NCBI GenBank assembly: GCA_963850305.1
Contig: CAWKKR010000005.1
Location: 335,641-399,640, forward strand
Direction: 5' to 3'
DNA: 64,000 nt
Origin: an uncultured delta proteobacterium
GTDB lineage: Bacteria > Myxococcota_A > Polyangia > Polyangiales > Polyangiaceae
Made by a program: the position numbers and the translations under genes. Under the pieces are notes generated by a model. It was given only the letters and a program-made list of their open reading frames with translations. It was not told the DNA's origin and made no database searches. Below are positions 50,319 to 59,888 of this stretch, piece by piece (position 1 is the stretch's first letter; each line of letters begins with the position of its first letter).

Positions 50319-50366
50319 TGGTGTCCGGGGACGGAATTGAACCGCCGACACGTGGATTTTCAATCC
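50319..50366 (-). mobile_element. 3' fragment of tRNA-Phe (att-like site 2, boundary of the integrase island)
   Basis: reverse complement is GGATTGAAAATCCACGTGTCGGCGGTTCAATTCCGTCCCCGGACACCA; about 95 bp from the integrase stop. Confidence 0.88.
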
Positions 50367-50461
50367 TAGTATTCAAGCCATTGTACCGCTTGTTTTCAGC
50401 TCGATCTCGTAAAGCGCGCGAGACGCTGGGATGCCGGTGGGATAGTTCCTCGCTAAAAAAA

Positions 50462-51664
50462 TCATGCGAGTCGGCGTCCACGGCCCCCCGGGATGAGCCG
50501 AAGAGCCACCTTCCGCTCCGCCGCAGCGTCCTCGAAGCGTTGGAAGAGTTCGTCCCCTTTGGTCGCCCGACCGTAGACTTGGTCGAGCATCCTGGTCGAC
50601 GTGTGTCCCATAGCGACCGCAAGGTCCTCTTGGCGGACACCTTCATCTTTGCACCAATGGGCGAAGGTCCGTCGGAGATTGGTCAAAGTACAGTGCTCGA
50701 TCTTCGCGCGCTTGCAGGCTTCGTTCATCGCGCGCCGAGCGTTCGACCAGGCTGAGAACAACAGGCCGTCCTCACCATCGGCGTGGGTACGCACGAGCTT
50801 TAGCAGCTCGTGCTGCCAATCGAAGAGCAAGGGCACAAGGCGCTCGCGTGTACGTCGCTTCGTTCCGTGGATCGGAATCATCCGCGCTTTGGAGTCGGCG
50901 ACGTCCGTTCTCAGGGCACGCTGGACGGCACGCAGTTCGGCTCCGGTCGCGAGCACGTAAGCGGCGATCGCGGCCCGCGCCTCGTCGAGAAAACCCCCGA
51001 GCAGCGCCTTGGCCTCTTCGTGCGTGAGGTGGTGTTCACCGGGCTCGTAGTTCGTCTCGAAGCCGGGAGGGACAACGACATCTAGATCGCCCGTCCACAG
51101 ACCCTGCCGTTTCGCAAGCCGCAGCGCCGGCCGCAATGTCGTGCGCTCTTTGCTGATCGTGTAGTCGTCCACGTTCCCGCGGCGCCATGTGACGAATCGG
51201 TCCACGAAACCGGCGTCGACGCCCGCAAGCGAGAACGATTGGCCCGCCTCGATTAGCCCCGCACTCTCTTCCTTTGTGAGCTGGCGCGGAGGTCTTCGAT
51301 CTTCGCTCTTCGTCTCGGCTGCCTCGTACGCCGCGAAGAGATACCAGCTCTTCGCCTTCTTTTCGTAGAAGATCACGGTGTCGTCGCTCTTCGGGTTTTT
51401 CGCCCGCTTCGTTTGGGATCGTCGGTCCTCGACGAGTAGATCGATCGCTTGTTTCAGCGTCGCACCCTGCTCTCGACGCTTCTGGGCCGCCGCGGTCGGA
51501 TCGGCTGCTTCTAACTCCCATTGAGTGAGCTGCTTGCGGGCAGCTTCCTTCCTCGTCTGGCGCGTCGATCGTTTCTCTTGCTTATACTTCCCATTGGGGC
51601 CTCGCGTGTTGACCCAGGCGTACCAAACGCCGCCTGGGCGTCGGCGAAACAGGTGCTCGCTCAT
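50462..51664 (-). CDS. tyrosine recombinase/integrase
   Basis: N-terminal arm-binding-like WYA..KRSTR; HGTK, NLRRTFA, MGHTSTRML..VY; adjacent to the att site. Confidence 0.88.
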   Translation of the reverse strand: MSEHLFRRRPGGVWYAWVNTRGPNGKYKQEKRSTRQTRKEAARKQLTQWELEAADPTAAAQKRREQGATLKQAIDLLVEDRRSQTKRAKNPKSDDTVIFYEKKAKSWYLFAAYEAAETKSEDRRPPRQLTKEESAGLIEAGQSFSLAGVDAGFVDRFVTWRRGNVDDYTISKERTTLRPALRLAKRQGLWTGDLDVVVPPGFETNYEPGEHHLTHEEAKALLGGFLDEARAAIAAYVLATGAELRAVQRALRTDVADSKARMIPIHGTKRRTRERLVPLLFDWQHELLKLVRTHADGEDGLLFSAWSNARRAMNEACKRAKIEHCTLTNLRRTFAHWCKDEGVRQEDLAVAMGHTSTRMLDQVYGRATKGDELFQRFEDAAAERKVALRLIPGGRGRRLA

Positions 51665-52290
51665 TGGTCGAACGTCCTTTTCGCGTAACGCTCCCAAACC
51701 TCGACGAGTACGCGGAGGCTCTTGCCTGTCCCGTTCACCCGACCCGATGCCTCGCGGAGATGACGGTATGCGGTCGACTTGGAGCAATCGAGTGCGTCCA
51801 TGACGTCTTTCATGCCCACGTAATGCGAGAGACGCGGTGTTCTCTCTGAGCGCTTCGGCTGCTGTCCACCGTCGGCCTTACGCTCGCGCGATCTCGTTGG
51901 TCGTGCAGTAGGGGCGGTCGGCAACGCATCGGTAACGAACGTCGGCAACTCTCGCGACGCTGCGCCCGTGAACACGTCGTTCGGGTCCTTCGTGCTCTTC
52001 ACGCCTTCGAGCTTCGCCGCGAGCGCCGTGGCTAGGTCATCACGACCAGTCAATATCGCCTCGTGAACTCTCGCCTCCTCCTCGTGCTCGAGTTCGCGAA
52101 TATGCTGGTCGACGAATTCCCCCACGAAATCGATCGCGTCGAAGACAGCGATGACCGTGTCTGCTCCCGCAGCCAGGAACATGCCGCCGTCGCCCTCGTC
52201 GGCGATCGCGGCGTGCGCCGGAAGGGGCGCGAGATCGATCCCCGCCCAATCGGTCGCAGCGGCGGGGTTCTCTGCTAAGTTGTGATCCAT
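51661..52290 (-). CDS. excisionase/AlpA-like HTH protein
   Basis: C-terminal VGMKDVMDALDCSKSTAYRHL; its stop overlaps the integrase start. Confidence 0.6.
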   Translation of the reverse strand: MDHNLAENPAAATDWAGIDLAPLPAHAAIADEGDGGMFLAAGADTVIAVFDAIDFVGEFVDQHIRELEHEEEARVHEAILTGRDDLATALAAKLEGVKSTKDPNDVFTGAASRELPTFVTDALPTAPTARPTRSRERKADGGQQPKRSERTPRLSHYVGMKDVMDALDCSKSTAYRHLREASGRVNGTGKSLRVLVEVWERYAKRTFDQ

Positions 52291-52357
52291 CGGCGAGGTC
52301 CTTTCGTCGGTCATGCCCCCGGCGTTTCGAGCGCGCGGGGGCTTCTTTTTACCATGG

Positions 52358-52934
52358 CTAGGCGGCAACGGCCCGTGACGCTCCGAGGCGCAAATCGCCG
52401 CCAAGCAGCCGCGCCAGCACGACAACGAGCGCGCCCGCGGCGAAGCCTCCGATGTGATCCCCGAACGAAACGCCCTCAGCGCCCGAGACCCCGAAGGCGT
52501 GCAGGATGTTGCTCGCGACGAGCACCGCGACGAACGCGAGCATCGCCGGCCCGTAGAGCGTCGCGGCGACCGCGAGGACCGCGAATAGAGCGCCACTGCA
52601 CCCGACCAGAGGCACCGTCGAACTCCGGGTCGACGACCACATGCAGCGCCGCCCCGGCGAGCCCCCCGGCAAGGAAGAGCATCGCGAACCGCGTCGAGCC
52701 GATCGCCCGCTCGACAAGCGAGCCGACGAAGAGCAGGACGGCGACGTTGCCGCCGACGTGGAGAACGCCGCTCGGGTCGTGAACGAACAAGCTCGAAAGC
52801 GCCGTGCCGAGGCTCGGGTGCGCCCGGATCATGAGGCCGCTGCTTCCGGTGCCGCAGATGTACGTGCCGTCCTTCGGGGCTTGCTCACCGCATCTCCGAC
52901 ACGCTTCTGCGAAGGAAGCTGACTGCGATCGCAA
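52358..52934 (-). pseudogene. rhomboid intramembrane serine protease, frameshifted
   Basis: SLFVH...HVGGN...ER in one frame; VGCSG and DHIGG in another; shift near 52622. Confidence 0.8.
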
Positions 52935-53274
52935 TGAGAGCTGCCGGTAACAGCCATGATGCGAGCGCGGGGATGGCGTACGAGGCCGCGAGCGCCACGA
53001 TGGCGCTCAGTACGAACCATCCTTTCCGTGTGCCGACATGGATTGACCCACCCACCGTGCCCTTGTCGGCGTTCACGGCGACGTTCCAGGTAAAGAAGCT
53101 TCCAAGCGAAAGCCTGAATTTCTCACCGCCAGTGCCCTGCTCGGCGCTTACGAATTTGCCGATGCTTCTGGTTTGACCGACGCGCTTCAAGAACCAAGTG
53201 GTGAAGCGGTAGAGCAGATACGTTCCGTAGACCGTGACGGCGAGCTCGACGAACTTCCCGAGCAAATCGTCCAT
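52885..53274 (-). CDS. hypothetical membrane protein (possibly the N-terminus of the rhomboid gene)
   Basis: hydrophobic ORF overlapping the start of the rhomboid segment. Confidence 0.5.
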   Translation of the reverse strand: MDDLLGKFVELAVTVYGTYLLYRFTTWFLKRVGQTRSIGKFVSAEQGTGGEKFRLSLGSFFTWNVAVNADKGTVGGSIHVGTRKGWFVLSAIVALAASYAIPALASWLLPAALIAIAVSFLRRSVSEMR

Positions 53275-53469
53275 TAAGCCAAGTTCTCCCGGCCGTGCAA
53301 ATGCGGCTCGTTTGTTGATTGGACGGGGAACTCGATCGATCGATGCAATCGATCGAAGCAGTAGAGAGAACCGGCGGGATTCTACGGTATCCCTCGGGGA
53401 GCTGGGCCGGCGATCAGTCCGTTCGCCGCATGATTGTCACAACGTGAACGGGTCGAACTTGCTGAGGGA

Positions 53470-53862
53470 TCACGGTTTGGTCGCGCGTCGCTTACGTTGA
53501 CGCTGTTTTCGCGGCGGCTCGGCGACGACAAGGACGCGCTCGCGGTGCGCTGGCTTCGCTTCCGTATCTCCGGGGGGTCGGCCGAGCCGCATGACGTAGC
53601 TTGACGGACGCGGCGGGACGAGTAGCGCTTCGAGGTCGATGTCCAGAGCGTTGGCCACGCGAGCGAGCGAGTGAACGGTTAAGTTGGCGCCGTACTCGAT
53701 CTGCTGCACCCACTGCATCGTCGCCCGGAGCTTGCTGGCGAGGGCTTGCTGGGTGAGGCCCCGCTCGCGGCGAATCTCCGCGACGCGGCGCCCGATGTCG
53801 CGGACAAGGCGGTCGGGGGCGTAACGAGCCACGGGACCGGACGGTTCCAGCCCGCAACCCAA
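53470..53862 (-). CDS. XRE-family HTH transcriptional regulator
   Basis: IGRRVAEIRRERGLTQQALA..QQIE.G.NLTV.SL.RVANAL. Confidence 0.88.
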   Translation of the reverse strand: MGCGLEPSGPVARYAPDRLVRDIGRRVAEIRRERGLTQQALASKLRATMQWVQQIEYGANLTVHSLARVANALDIDLEALLVPPRPSSYVMRLGRPPGDTEAKPAHRERVLVVAEPPRKQRQRKRRATKP

Positions 53863-53952
53863 GAGAATACATAGCGAAGGCTTGTGTTATCCTTGTGTTA
53901 TCCTCCCGTGTCTGCTGGGTACCCGGAACTCAAGGGCGCCCGAAGGTAGTTG

Positions 53953-55443
53953 ATGACCCGGGCGGACCACGACGACAACACGACCGAGCTGCTCGACCCC
54001 CTCGTCGCGCGGGCCCGCCAGCGCGTCGGCAGCGTGCTCAAAGAGAAGTGGCGCCTCGACGTCCTTCTCGGTGTCGGCGGCATGGCGGCCGTCTATGCAG
54101 CCACGCATCGCAACGGCAGTCGCGTGGCGATCAAGATCCTTCACCCGGAGCTGAGCGTCAGCGCCGACGTGCGCACGCGCTTCATGCGCGAGGGCTACGC
54201 GGCCAACGCCGTCGGTCACGACGGAGTCGTCCGCGTCTCCGACGACGATGTCTCCGACGACGGGTCCGCGTTCCTTGTGATGGAACTCCTCGATGGCGAA
54301 ACGCTCGAGGACCGCCGCCAACGTAACGGAGGCCGCCTCAGCGAAGACGAAGTGCTATCCGTCGCCGACCAACTCCTCGATGTGCTCGTGGCCGCGCACG
54401 CCAAGGGGATCATCCACCGAGACCTCAAGCCCGAGAACGTCTTCATTGCCCGCGATGGCCGCGTGAGGGTTCTCGATTTCGGCATCGCGCGCCTCCGGGA
54501 GATGTCCGGCGCGAGCCACGCGACGCGCACCGGCTTCTCGATGGGCACGCCCGCATACATGGCGCCCGAGCAAGCGCGTGCGCTATGGAACGAAGTCGAT
54601 GGGAGAACCGATCTCTGGTCGCTCGGTGCGACGCTGTTCTCGCTTCTTTCAGGCAGAGAAGTTCATTCCGGGCGCACCGCCAACGAGGTCCTCATCATGG
54701 CAGCGACGCAGCCCGCGCCGCCGCTCGCGTCGGTCTTGCCGGAAGTGAGCCCCGCAGTTGCGCGGGTCGTGGACAAGGCCGTGGCATTCGAGCGCGATCA
54801 TAGGTGGCGGGACGCCGCGACGATGCAGGAGGCCGTGCGGTCCGCGTACCACGATCGGCACGGCACGCCGTTCCCCACGGCTTCGCAGCTCACGGTTCCC
54901 CCGACGGTCGTGAATCGGACGTTGGCTTCGGCGGCGGTGAGCGCCGTCTCACCCGGGGCACCGACAACGAACCGCGCGGTCGCGACTTCTCATATCGGTG
55001 CGTCGCTCGCGTCTCTTGCTGCGCGCTTCCCGAGCCTGAGCCCAATCGCCCTTGGCGTCGGTGGCGCTGTGATCGTCGCCGCGATCATCGTTGGCGTGGT
55101 TCTCGTGTCAAGCGGAAGCAAAGCCCCGGCGCCACCGGCGGCGGCGACAACGACGGTTGCCGCTAGACCCGAGCCATCGGCCCCGAGAATCGCCTCGAGC
55201 TCGCCCGCGACGGCAGCGGCTCCCGAACCGAATGCCGCGCCGACAATCGCAGTGACCGATCTGCCGACGGAGACCGCTCCGGCGGTCACAATCGTGAAGC
55301 CGGCACCAAAGCCTCGAGTCCTGGCCCCGACGCCTGCGGCTCCGACAGCGACAACGGCGAAGACGGCAAAACCCGACTGTAGCCCGCCGTACGTGCTCGA
55401 CCCCGTGACTGGGACGAAAAAATGGAAGCCAGCATGTTTCTAG
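53953..55443 (+). CDS. membrane serine/threonine protein kinase
   Basis: [36 protein letters not shown] helix, Pro-rich linker, C-terminal C.PPY...K.WKPAC. Confidence 0.95.
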   Translation: MTRADHDDNTTELLDPLVARARQRVGSVLKEKWRLDVLLGVGGMAAVYAATHRNGSRVAIKILHPELSVSADVRTRFMREGYAANAVGHDGVVRVSDDDVSDDGSAFLVMELLDGETLEDRRQRNGGRLSEDEVLSVADQLLDVLVAAHAKGIIHRDLKPENVFIARDGRVRVLDFGIARLREMSGASHATRTGFSMGTPAYMAPEQARALWNEVDGRTDLWSLGATLFSLLSGREVHSGRTANEVLIMAATQPAPPLASVLPEVSPAVARVVDKAVAFERDHRWRDAATMQEAVRSAYHDRHGTPFPTASQLTVPPTVVNRTLASAAVSAVSPGAPTTNRAVATSHIGASLASLAARFPSLSPIALGVGGAVIVAAIIVGVVLVSSGSKAPAPPAAATTTVAARPEPSAPRIASSSPATAAAPEPNAAPTIAVTDLPTETAPAVTIVKPAPKPRVLAPTPAAPTATTAKTAKPDCSPPYVLDPVTGTKKWKPACF

Positions 55444-55445
55444 CG

Positions 55446-56304
55446 GTGCGAACCCGAACGGCGCTTCTCGCCGCGGCAGCGGTGGCCGTGGCCAGATCCG
55501 CGGTCGCGACCGAACCAGCGCCGACGAAGGCGGAATGCATCGCTGCGAGCGAGTCTGGCCAGGACCTTCGCCACGCGGGGAAGCTCAACGATGCCCGCAC
55601 GCAGTTCGCGGTCTGCGTGGCGGCGAGCTGCCCGGGGCCGATCCGCGACGACTGCGCGCAGCGCCTGAACGAGATCGGAAAGGCGACGCCCTCGGTCGTG
55701 TTCGAGGTGAAGGACGCGACCGGCAACGACGTGCCGGGCGTGGCGATCACGATGGACGGGCAATCCGTTGCGGGCGTCGGCACGGCTATCGAGCTCGACC
55801 CTGGCGAGCACACGTTCAGCTTCGAAGTAGCGGGGCTCCCGAAGATCGAGAAGCGACTCGTCATCGCCGAGGGAGTGAAGCAACGGCGCGAGGTCGTCAT
55901 CATGGATCCCGCGCTGAAGCGGCGCAGACCGCGAACACGGAATCACCAACGACGGGCGAGGAGCCCGCGCGATCAGCGGGTCTGCCGACTCTCGCTTGGG
56001 TGGCGTTCGGGGTCGGTGGTGCGGGGTTGCTGCTCGGCATGACTGCCGGTCTCGTCGCCGGAGCGAAGCACTCATCGCTTTCGAACGTCTGCAACGACAC
56101 CGCCGGCACCTGCCCACCGACGTACAGCGACGACCTCGACTCCTTCCACACGTGGCGAACGGTTTCGACCGTCGGCTACGTCGTCGGTGTGCTCGGTGTC
56201 GCGGGCGGTACAGTCCTGTGGCTGACAGCGCCGAAGGCGTCGAGCACGATGACGGCGCGTGTGTGGCTCGGGTCGGGTCGGCGGGGATTGCGGGGAGGTT
56301 CTGA
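55446..56304 (+). pseudogene. PEGA-like exported protein, frameshifted
   Basis: signal peptide, Cys motif, IELDPGEH; the frame changes near 55905 and 56272 to give hydrophobic segments and the GIAGRF end. Confidence 0.7.
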
Positions 56305-57024
56305 ATGCGCCTGTGGTTGCCGATCGTGCTCGCTTTGCCTTTGGTGGTGACGGCGTGTCCGGCGCTGCTTAGCGACTGGAAGGTCAGCGGGAGAGGCGCG
56401 GGCGATGCCTCCGTTGACGCCACCGGTCCCGGGGCCGGCGGCTCATCGGGATCGAATGGCGGCTCGTCGTCGGGCGGATCATCCAGCTCGGGCGGCGTAG
56501 ATGGGGGTTTGTTGCACAGCGAGAATGGTCTTGACGGAGAGGCGAATGGTGCTGGCGGTTCTATCAATGCGTGCGCGACGGGTACAGTTCGTTGCTTGGA
56601 GGCGCAACCGCAGACGTGCGTGAGCGGCGTTTGGCTCGCGAACGGGGCGGCGTGCTCGGGATCAACGCCCGTGTGTTTGAATTCGAATGGAGGCTGCGTG
56701 ACGTGCAATCCAGGCAGTCGGTCATGTGCAAGTCAGACCCAGCCCGAGACGTGCGATGCATCCGGTTCGTGGGCGGCGGGCACCGATTGTCCGACGGCGA
56801 CTCCGTTGTGCTCCGAGGGGGCGTGCGCGGCCATTTGCTGTAAGTCTACGACCGACACGACAGTTCTGTCGTGTGATCTCGCCAACTCCAGCACCCAATG
56901 GGACTGTCTAAGCGGTAGTGCATGGGGTCTGTGCGGAGAACCCGGTCACTGCACTAGCACTGGCCTCACGTGTGGCGTGGTGGGACAGCTGACGGCTACC
57001 GGAACTGTCGAAGCCTGTCCGTGA
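56305..57024 (+). CDS. Cys-rich lipoprotein
   Basis: lipobox VTAC-PALLSDWK, Gly/Ser linker, Cys repeats. Confidence 0.78.
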   Translation: MRLWLPIVLALPLVVTACPALLSDWKVSGRGAGDASVDATGPGAGGSSGSNGGSSSGGSSSSGGVDGGLLHSENGLDGEANGAGGSINACATGTVRCLEAQPQTCVSGVWLANGAACSGSTPVCLNSNGGCVTCNPGSRSCASQTQPETCDASGSWAAGTDCPTATPLCSEGACAAICCKSTTDTTVLSCDLANSSTQWDCLSGSAWGLCGEPGHCTSTGLTCGVVGQLTATGTVEACP

Positions 57025-57048
57025 TTCGCGAAAGAAGACTGAAAACCA

Positions 57049-57324
57049 ATGCGCTACGCCGACCTCAAAAAAGAACGCGACGAAGCCATCGCCCGCGCCA
57101 TCGAAGCCGAGCGACTCTCGATGAAGAGCGAGTTTGACAAGCTCGCGGCCGAGCACGAGCAAGAGCGCTTCAGGTCGCTTGCGTTGGTCGAATCCGGAAC
57201 ACGCGAGCGCGCGCTCGACGTCGCGGGCGGCGCAGTCCTCTGGCTGACGACGCCGACGGCACGCGACGCGACAGCGACGGGCAGGCTCGGACTCGCGTCC
57301 GCGGGGCGCGCGGGGAGGTTCTGA
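57049..57324 (+). pseudogene. chimeric ORF ending in a remnant of a PEGA-gene paralog
   Basis: VAGGAVLWLT...AGRF* is paralogous to the 3' end of the 55446-56304 gene. Confidence 0.55.
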
Positions 57325-59129
57325 TGCGCGCCTCGCTCGTGATCGCGCTCGCACTCCCGCTCGCGCTCACCGGATGCCCGGCGTTGCTCTCTGATTGGAA
57401 GATCAGCGGCGGCGGCGCGGGCGATGCCTCGGTTGACACCACCACGGGTGGGGTGTCCGGCAACGGTGGAGTCGGCGGCGCGACGAGCACCGGTGGCGCG
57501 ACGAGCACCGGTGGCGCGACCGCTACGGGGGGAGCCGGCGGAACCGCGGGAAGCGGAGGCGCGGTCAGCACCGGTGGAACGGATGGCGGCCCGGGAGACG
57601 GCACGGCGGTTGGGAATCTTGGAGACGCGTGTCCAGAGAACGCCGCCACCGCGTGCAATGGCCAGGCGCAGCAGCAGCAGCTCGTCTGCGTGAACCACGT
57701 CTGGGGCGGCAACGGGAAGTGCACCGGCAACAACAACTGCGACAGCGCGCCGGGAGCGACTGCCGGGACTTGTCAGCCCGTCGTGGCCGAGTGCATCGGT
57801 AAGCAACCGGGAAACGTGCTGTGCCAGGGCATGAACCGCGTCGCGTGCGGCCCGGACCTCGTGACGACAACTCCGGTGGACACATGCGCTGCGGACACTC
57901 AGACGTGCGTGAACGGTGTCTGCGTGACGTGCGGCGCCGGGACGGCGAACTGCGACGGGAACGCGACGGACTGCGAGACGAACCTGAACTCGACGGCGAC
58001 GTGCGGGACGACGTGCGTGAACAAGGTGGCTTGCTCGACGGCGAACGGGACGGCTTCGTGTAGCACGGGAGCGTGCGTGGTCGCGAGCTGCAACAGTGGG
58101 TACGTCGACTGCGACGGACTAACCGGCAACGGGTGCGAGACGAACCTGAACGACCCCGCGACGTGCGGGACGACGTGCTTGACCAACGTGGCCTGCGCGG
58201 CCCCCACTCCCGCGTGCAGCGCCGGCACCTGCGTCGCGCCTCCGAGCTGCCAGGGCCTGCCCGCCACGTGCGGCCCTTCCGGGAATGAGTCGTGCTGCAC
58301 GAGCCCGCTGGTGACGGGTGGGACGTTCTACCGGAGCTACGACGGCGTGACATCCGGCTACACGAGCGAGGCGTACCCGGCGACGGTGAACAATTTCCTG
58401 CTCGACAAGTACGAGATCACGGTGGGGCGGTTCCGGAAGTTCGTGGCGGCGTATTCGCAGAGCATGATCGCGGCGGGTGCCGGCAAGAACCCGAACAACG
58501 CGAGCGACCCGGGCTGGGACACGGCGTGGAACGCAAGCCTGCCCGCTGACGCGGCGGCGCTTCAGACCGCCATCGCGTGCAACGCGACGTACCAGACGTG
58601 GACCCCGAGGGGGGAACGACAACCGGCCGATGAACTGCATCGACTGGTACGAGGCGAACGCCTTCTGCATCTGGGACGGCGGACGTCTGCCGACGGAAGC
58701 AGAGTGGAACTACGCGGCGGCAGGAGGGACCGACCAGCGGGTGTACCCGTGGGGCGCGACGGCACCGGGAGCGAACGCGGCTCTGGCCGTGTACAGCTGC
58801 TACTACAACGGAGCTGGGAGCTGCTCGGGAGTCACAACGTCGCTCCCGTGGGCTCCGTGAGCGCCGGCAACGGCAAGTATGGGCAGGCGGACCTTGCCGG
58901 CAACGTCTCGGAGTGGACGCTGGACTGGTATGCGAGCCCCTACTCGCAGACGTCGTGCACAAACTGTGCCGATACAACAGCAGCCGCGTACCGGGTCATC
59001 CGCGGCGGGGGCTTCGACGACATTGCGTCGTACCTGCTCTCGTCGTTCCGCAGCTACAACGGCCCGACGGGCCACAGCTTCAACTTCGGTTCCCGGTGCG
59101 CCAGGACACCCGTAGCAGATCGGGCATGA
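57324..59129 (+). CDS. DGR target: Cys-rich lipoprotein with a C-terminal FGE-sulfatase/C-type lectin-fold domain (two compensating frameshifts)
   Basis: lipobox LTGC; LDKYEITVGRF; PMNCIDWYEA.AFC.WDGGRLPTEAEW..AA in the alternative frame (about 58610-58835); DLAGNVSEW, RVIRGG, GSRCAR. Confidence 0.88.
   Translation: MRASLVIALALPLALTGCPALLSDWKISGGGAGDASVDTTTGGVSGNGGVGGATSTGGATSTGGATATGGAGGTAGSGGAVSTGGTDGGPGDGTAVGNLGDACPENAATACNGQAQQQQLVCVNHVWGGNGKCTGNNNCDSAPGATAGTCQPVVAECIGKQPGNVLCQGMNRVACGPDLVTTTPVDTCAADTQTCVNGVCVTCGAGTANCDGNATDCETNLNSTATCGTTCVNKVACSTANGTASCSTGACVVASCNSGYVDCDGLTGNGCETNLNDPATCGTTCLTNVACAAPTPACSAGTCVAPPSCQGLPATCGPSGNESCCTSPLVTGGTFYRSYDGVTSGYTSEAYPATVNNFLLDKYEITVGRFRKFVAAYSQSMIAAGAGKNPNNASDPGWDTAWNASLPADAAALQTAIACNATYQTWTPRGERQPADELHRLVRGERLLHLGRRTSADGSRVELRGGRRDRPAGVPVGRDGTGSERGSGRVQLLLQRSWELLGSHNVAPVGSVSAGNGKYGQADLAGNVSEWTLDWYASPYSQTSCTNCADTTAAAYRVIRGGGFDDIASYLLSSFRSYNGPTGHSFNFGSRCARTPVADRA
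58978..59106 (+). repeat. DGR variable repeat (VR)
   Basis: 129-bp ungapped match to 59760-59888 with 20 mismatches, all at codon positions 1-2. Confidence 0.9.
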
Positions 59130-59204
59130 ATGTTGCTTGTTCGCGCGGATCGTCACCAACCCCTGATCCCTTGAATCCTGAACCCCTGAAAATTCCGAGG
59201 AAGC

Positions 59205-59717
59205 GTGAGCCACGAGCCGGATGCGAAGCAAGGGTCGGATGACGTCGCCGCAGGCAAGGAGCCGGGCGGGTCTTCGTCCGGGAGCCGAGCGAGCGGAGCG
59301 AGCGAGGCTCGCCCTGCGCGGGGCCGTGGCGGCTCCGCGCCCGCCGTTGCGGCGCTCCGGATGGAAAGCGTTTCGCTCTGGGTCGTGCAGCGGGTGGAGG
59401 CTTTCCCGCGCAGTCACCGGTTCACCATCGGCGACCGCTGGATAGAGACCTGCCTCGACGCGCAGACGAGCCTCGTCGAGGCGAGCTACGTCCGCGACAA
59501 GCGCGGGCTCCTGCTCGGCGCTTCGCGGGCGCTCGTGCGCGGCCGCGTGCTCGCTCGGATGGCCGCCGCGCTCCGCGCCATCTCGCTCGATCAGGAGGCG
59601 CACTTCGCTCGCGAGTCGGGCGAGATTGGCCGCATGATAGGCGGCTGGCTGCGCGCCCTCCGGGGAAGCGATGCGCGCGCGGCATCTAAGAACGTCGGGG
59701 TCGCCGGTACTCCATGA
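59205..59717 (+). CDS. avd: DGR accessory protein Avd (four-helix bundle)
   Basis: FPRSHRFTIGDR and EIGRMIGGW motifs; lies between the VR and the TR-like copy; start could be 59361. Confidence 0.9.
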   Translation: MSHEPDAKQGSDDVAAGKEPGGSSSGSRASGASEARPARGRGGSAPAVAALRMESVSLWVVQRVEAFPRSHRFTIGDRWIETCLDAQTSLVEASYVRDKRGLLLGASRALVRGRVLARMAAALRAISLDQEAHFARESGEIGRMIGGWLRALRGSDARAASKNVGVAGTP

Positions 59718-59734
59718 TGATCTCATGGAGTACC
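59706..59734. other. perfect 12-bp hairpin at the avd stop, 5' of the TR
   Basis: GGTACTCCATGA-TGATC-TCATGGAGTACC. Confidence 0.85.
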
Positions 59735-59759
59735 TTCGGTCCCGCGGGGGCGGGGCGGG

Positions 59760-59888
59760 CAGCAGCCACGAACCGGGTCATCCGCGGCGGGAGCTTCAGC
59801 AACCATGCGTCGTACCTGCTCTCGTCGAACCGCATCTACAGCGGCCCGACGAGCCGCAGCAGCGGCAACGGTTCCCGGTGCGCCAGGA
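59760..59888 (+). repeat. DGR template-repeat-like copy (TR)
   Basis: intergenic, directly after avd; carries A at 12 of the 20 mismatches with the VR. Confidence 0.85.

Noticed and set aside
48733..50366. functional tRNA-Phe genes
   Set aside because: Both copies lack the 5' acceptor strand and D-arm.
57950..58200. second VR/TR pair within the DGR target (CETNLN...TCGTTC twice)
   Set aside because: It is an ordinary intragenic Cys-rich domain repeat with an indel and no evident adenine bias.
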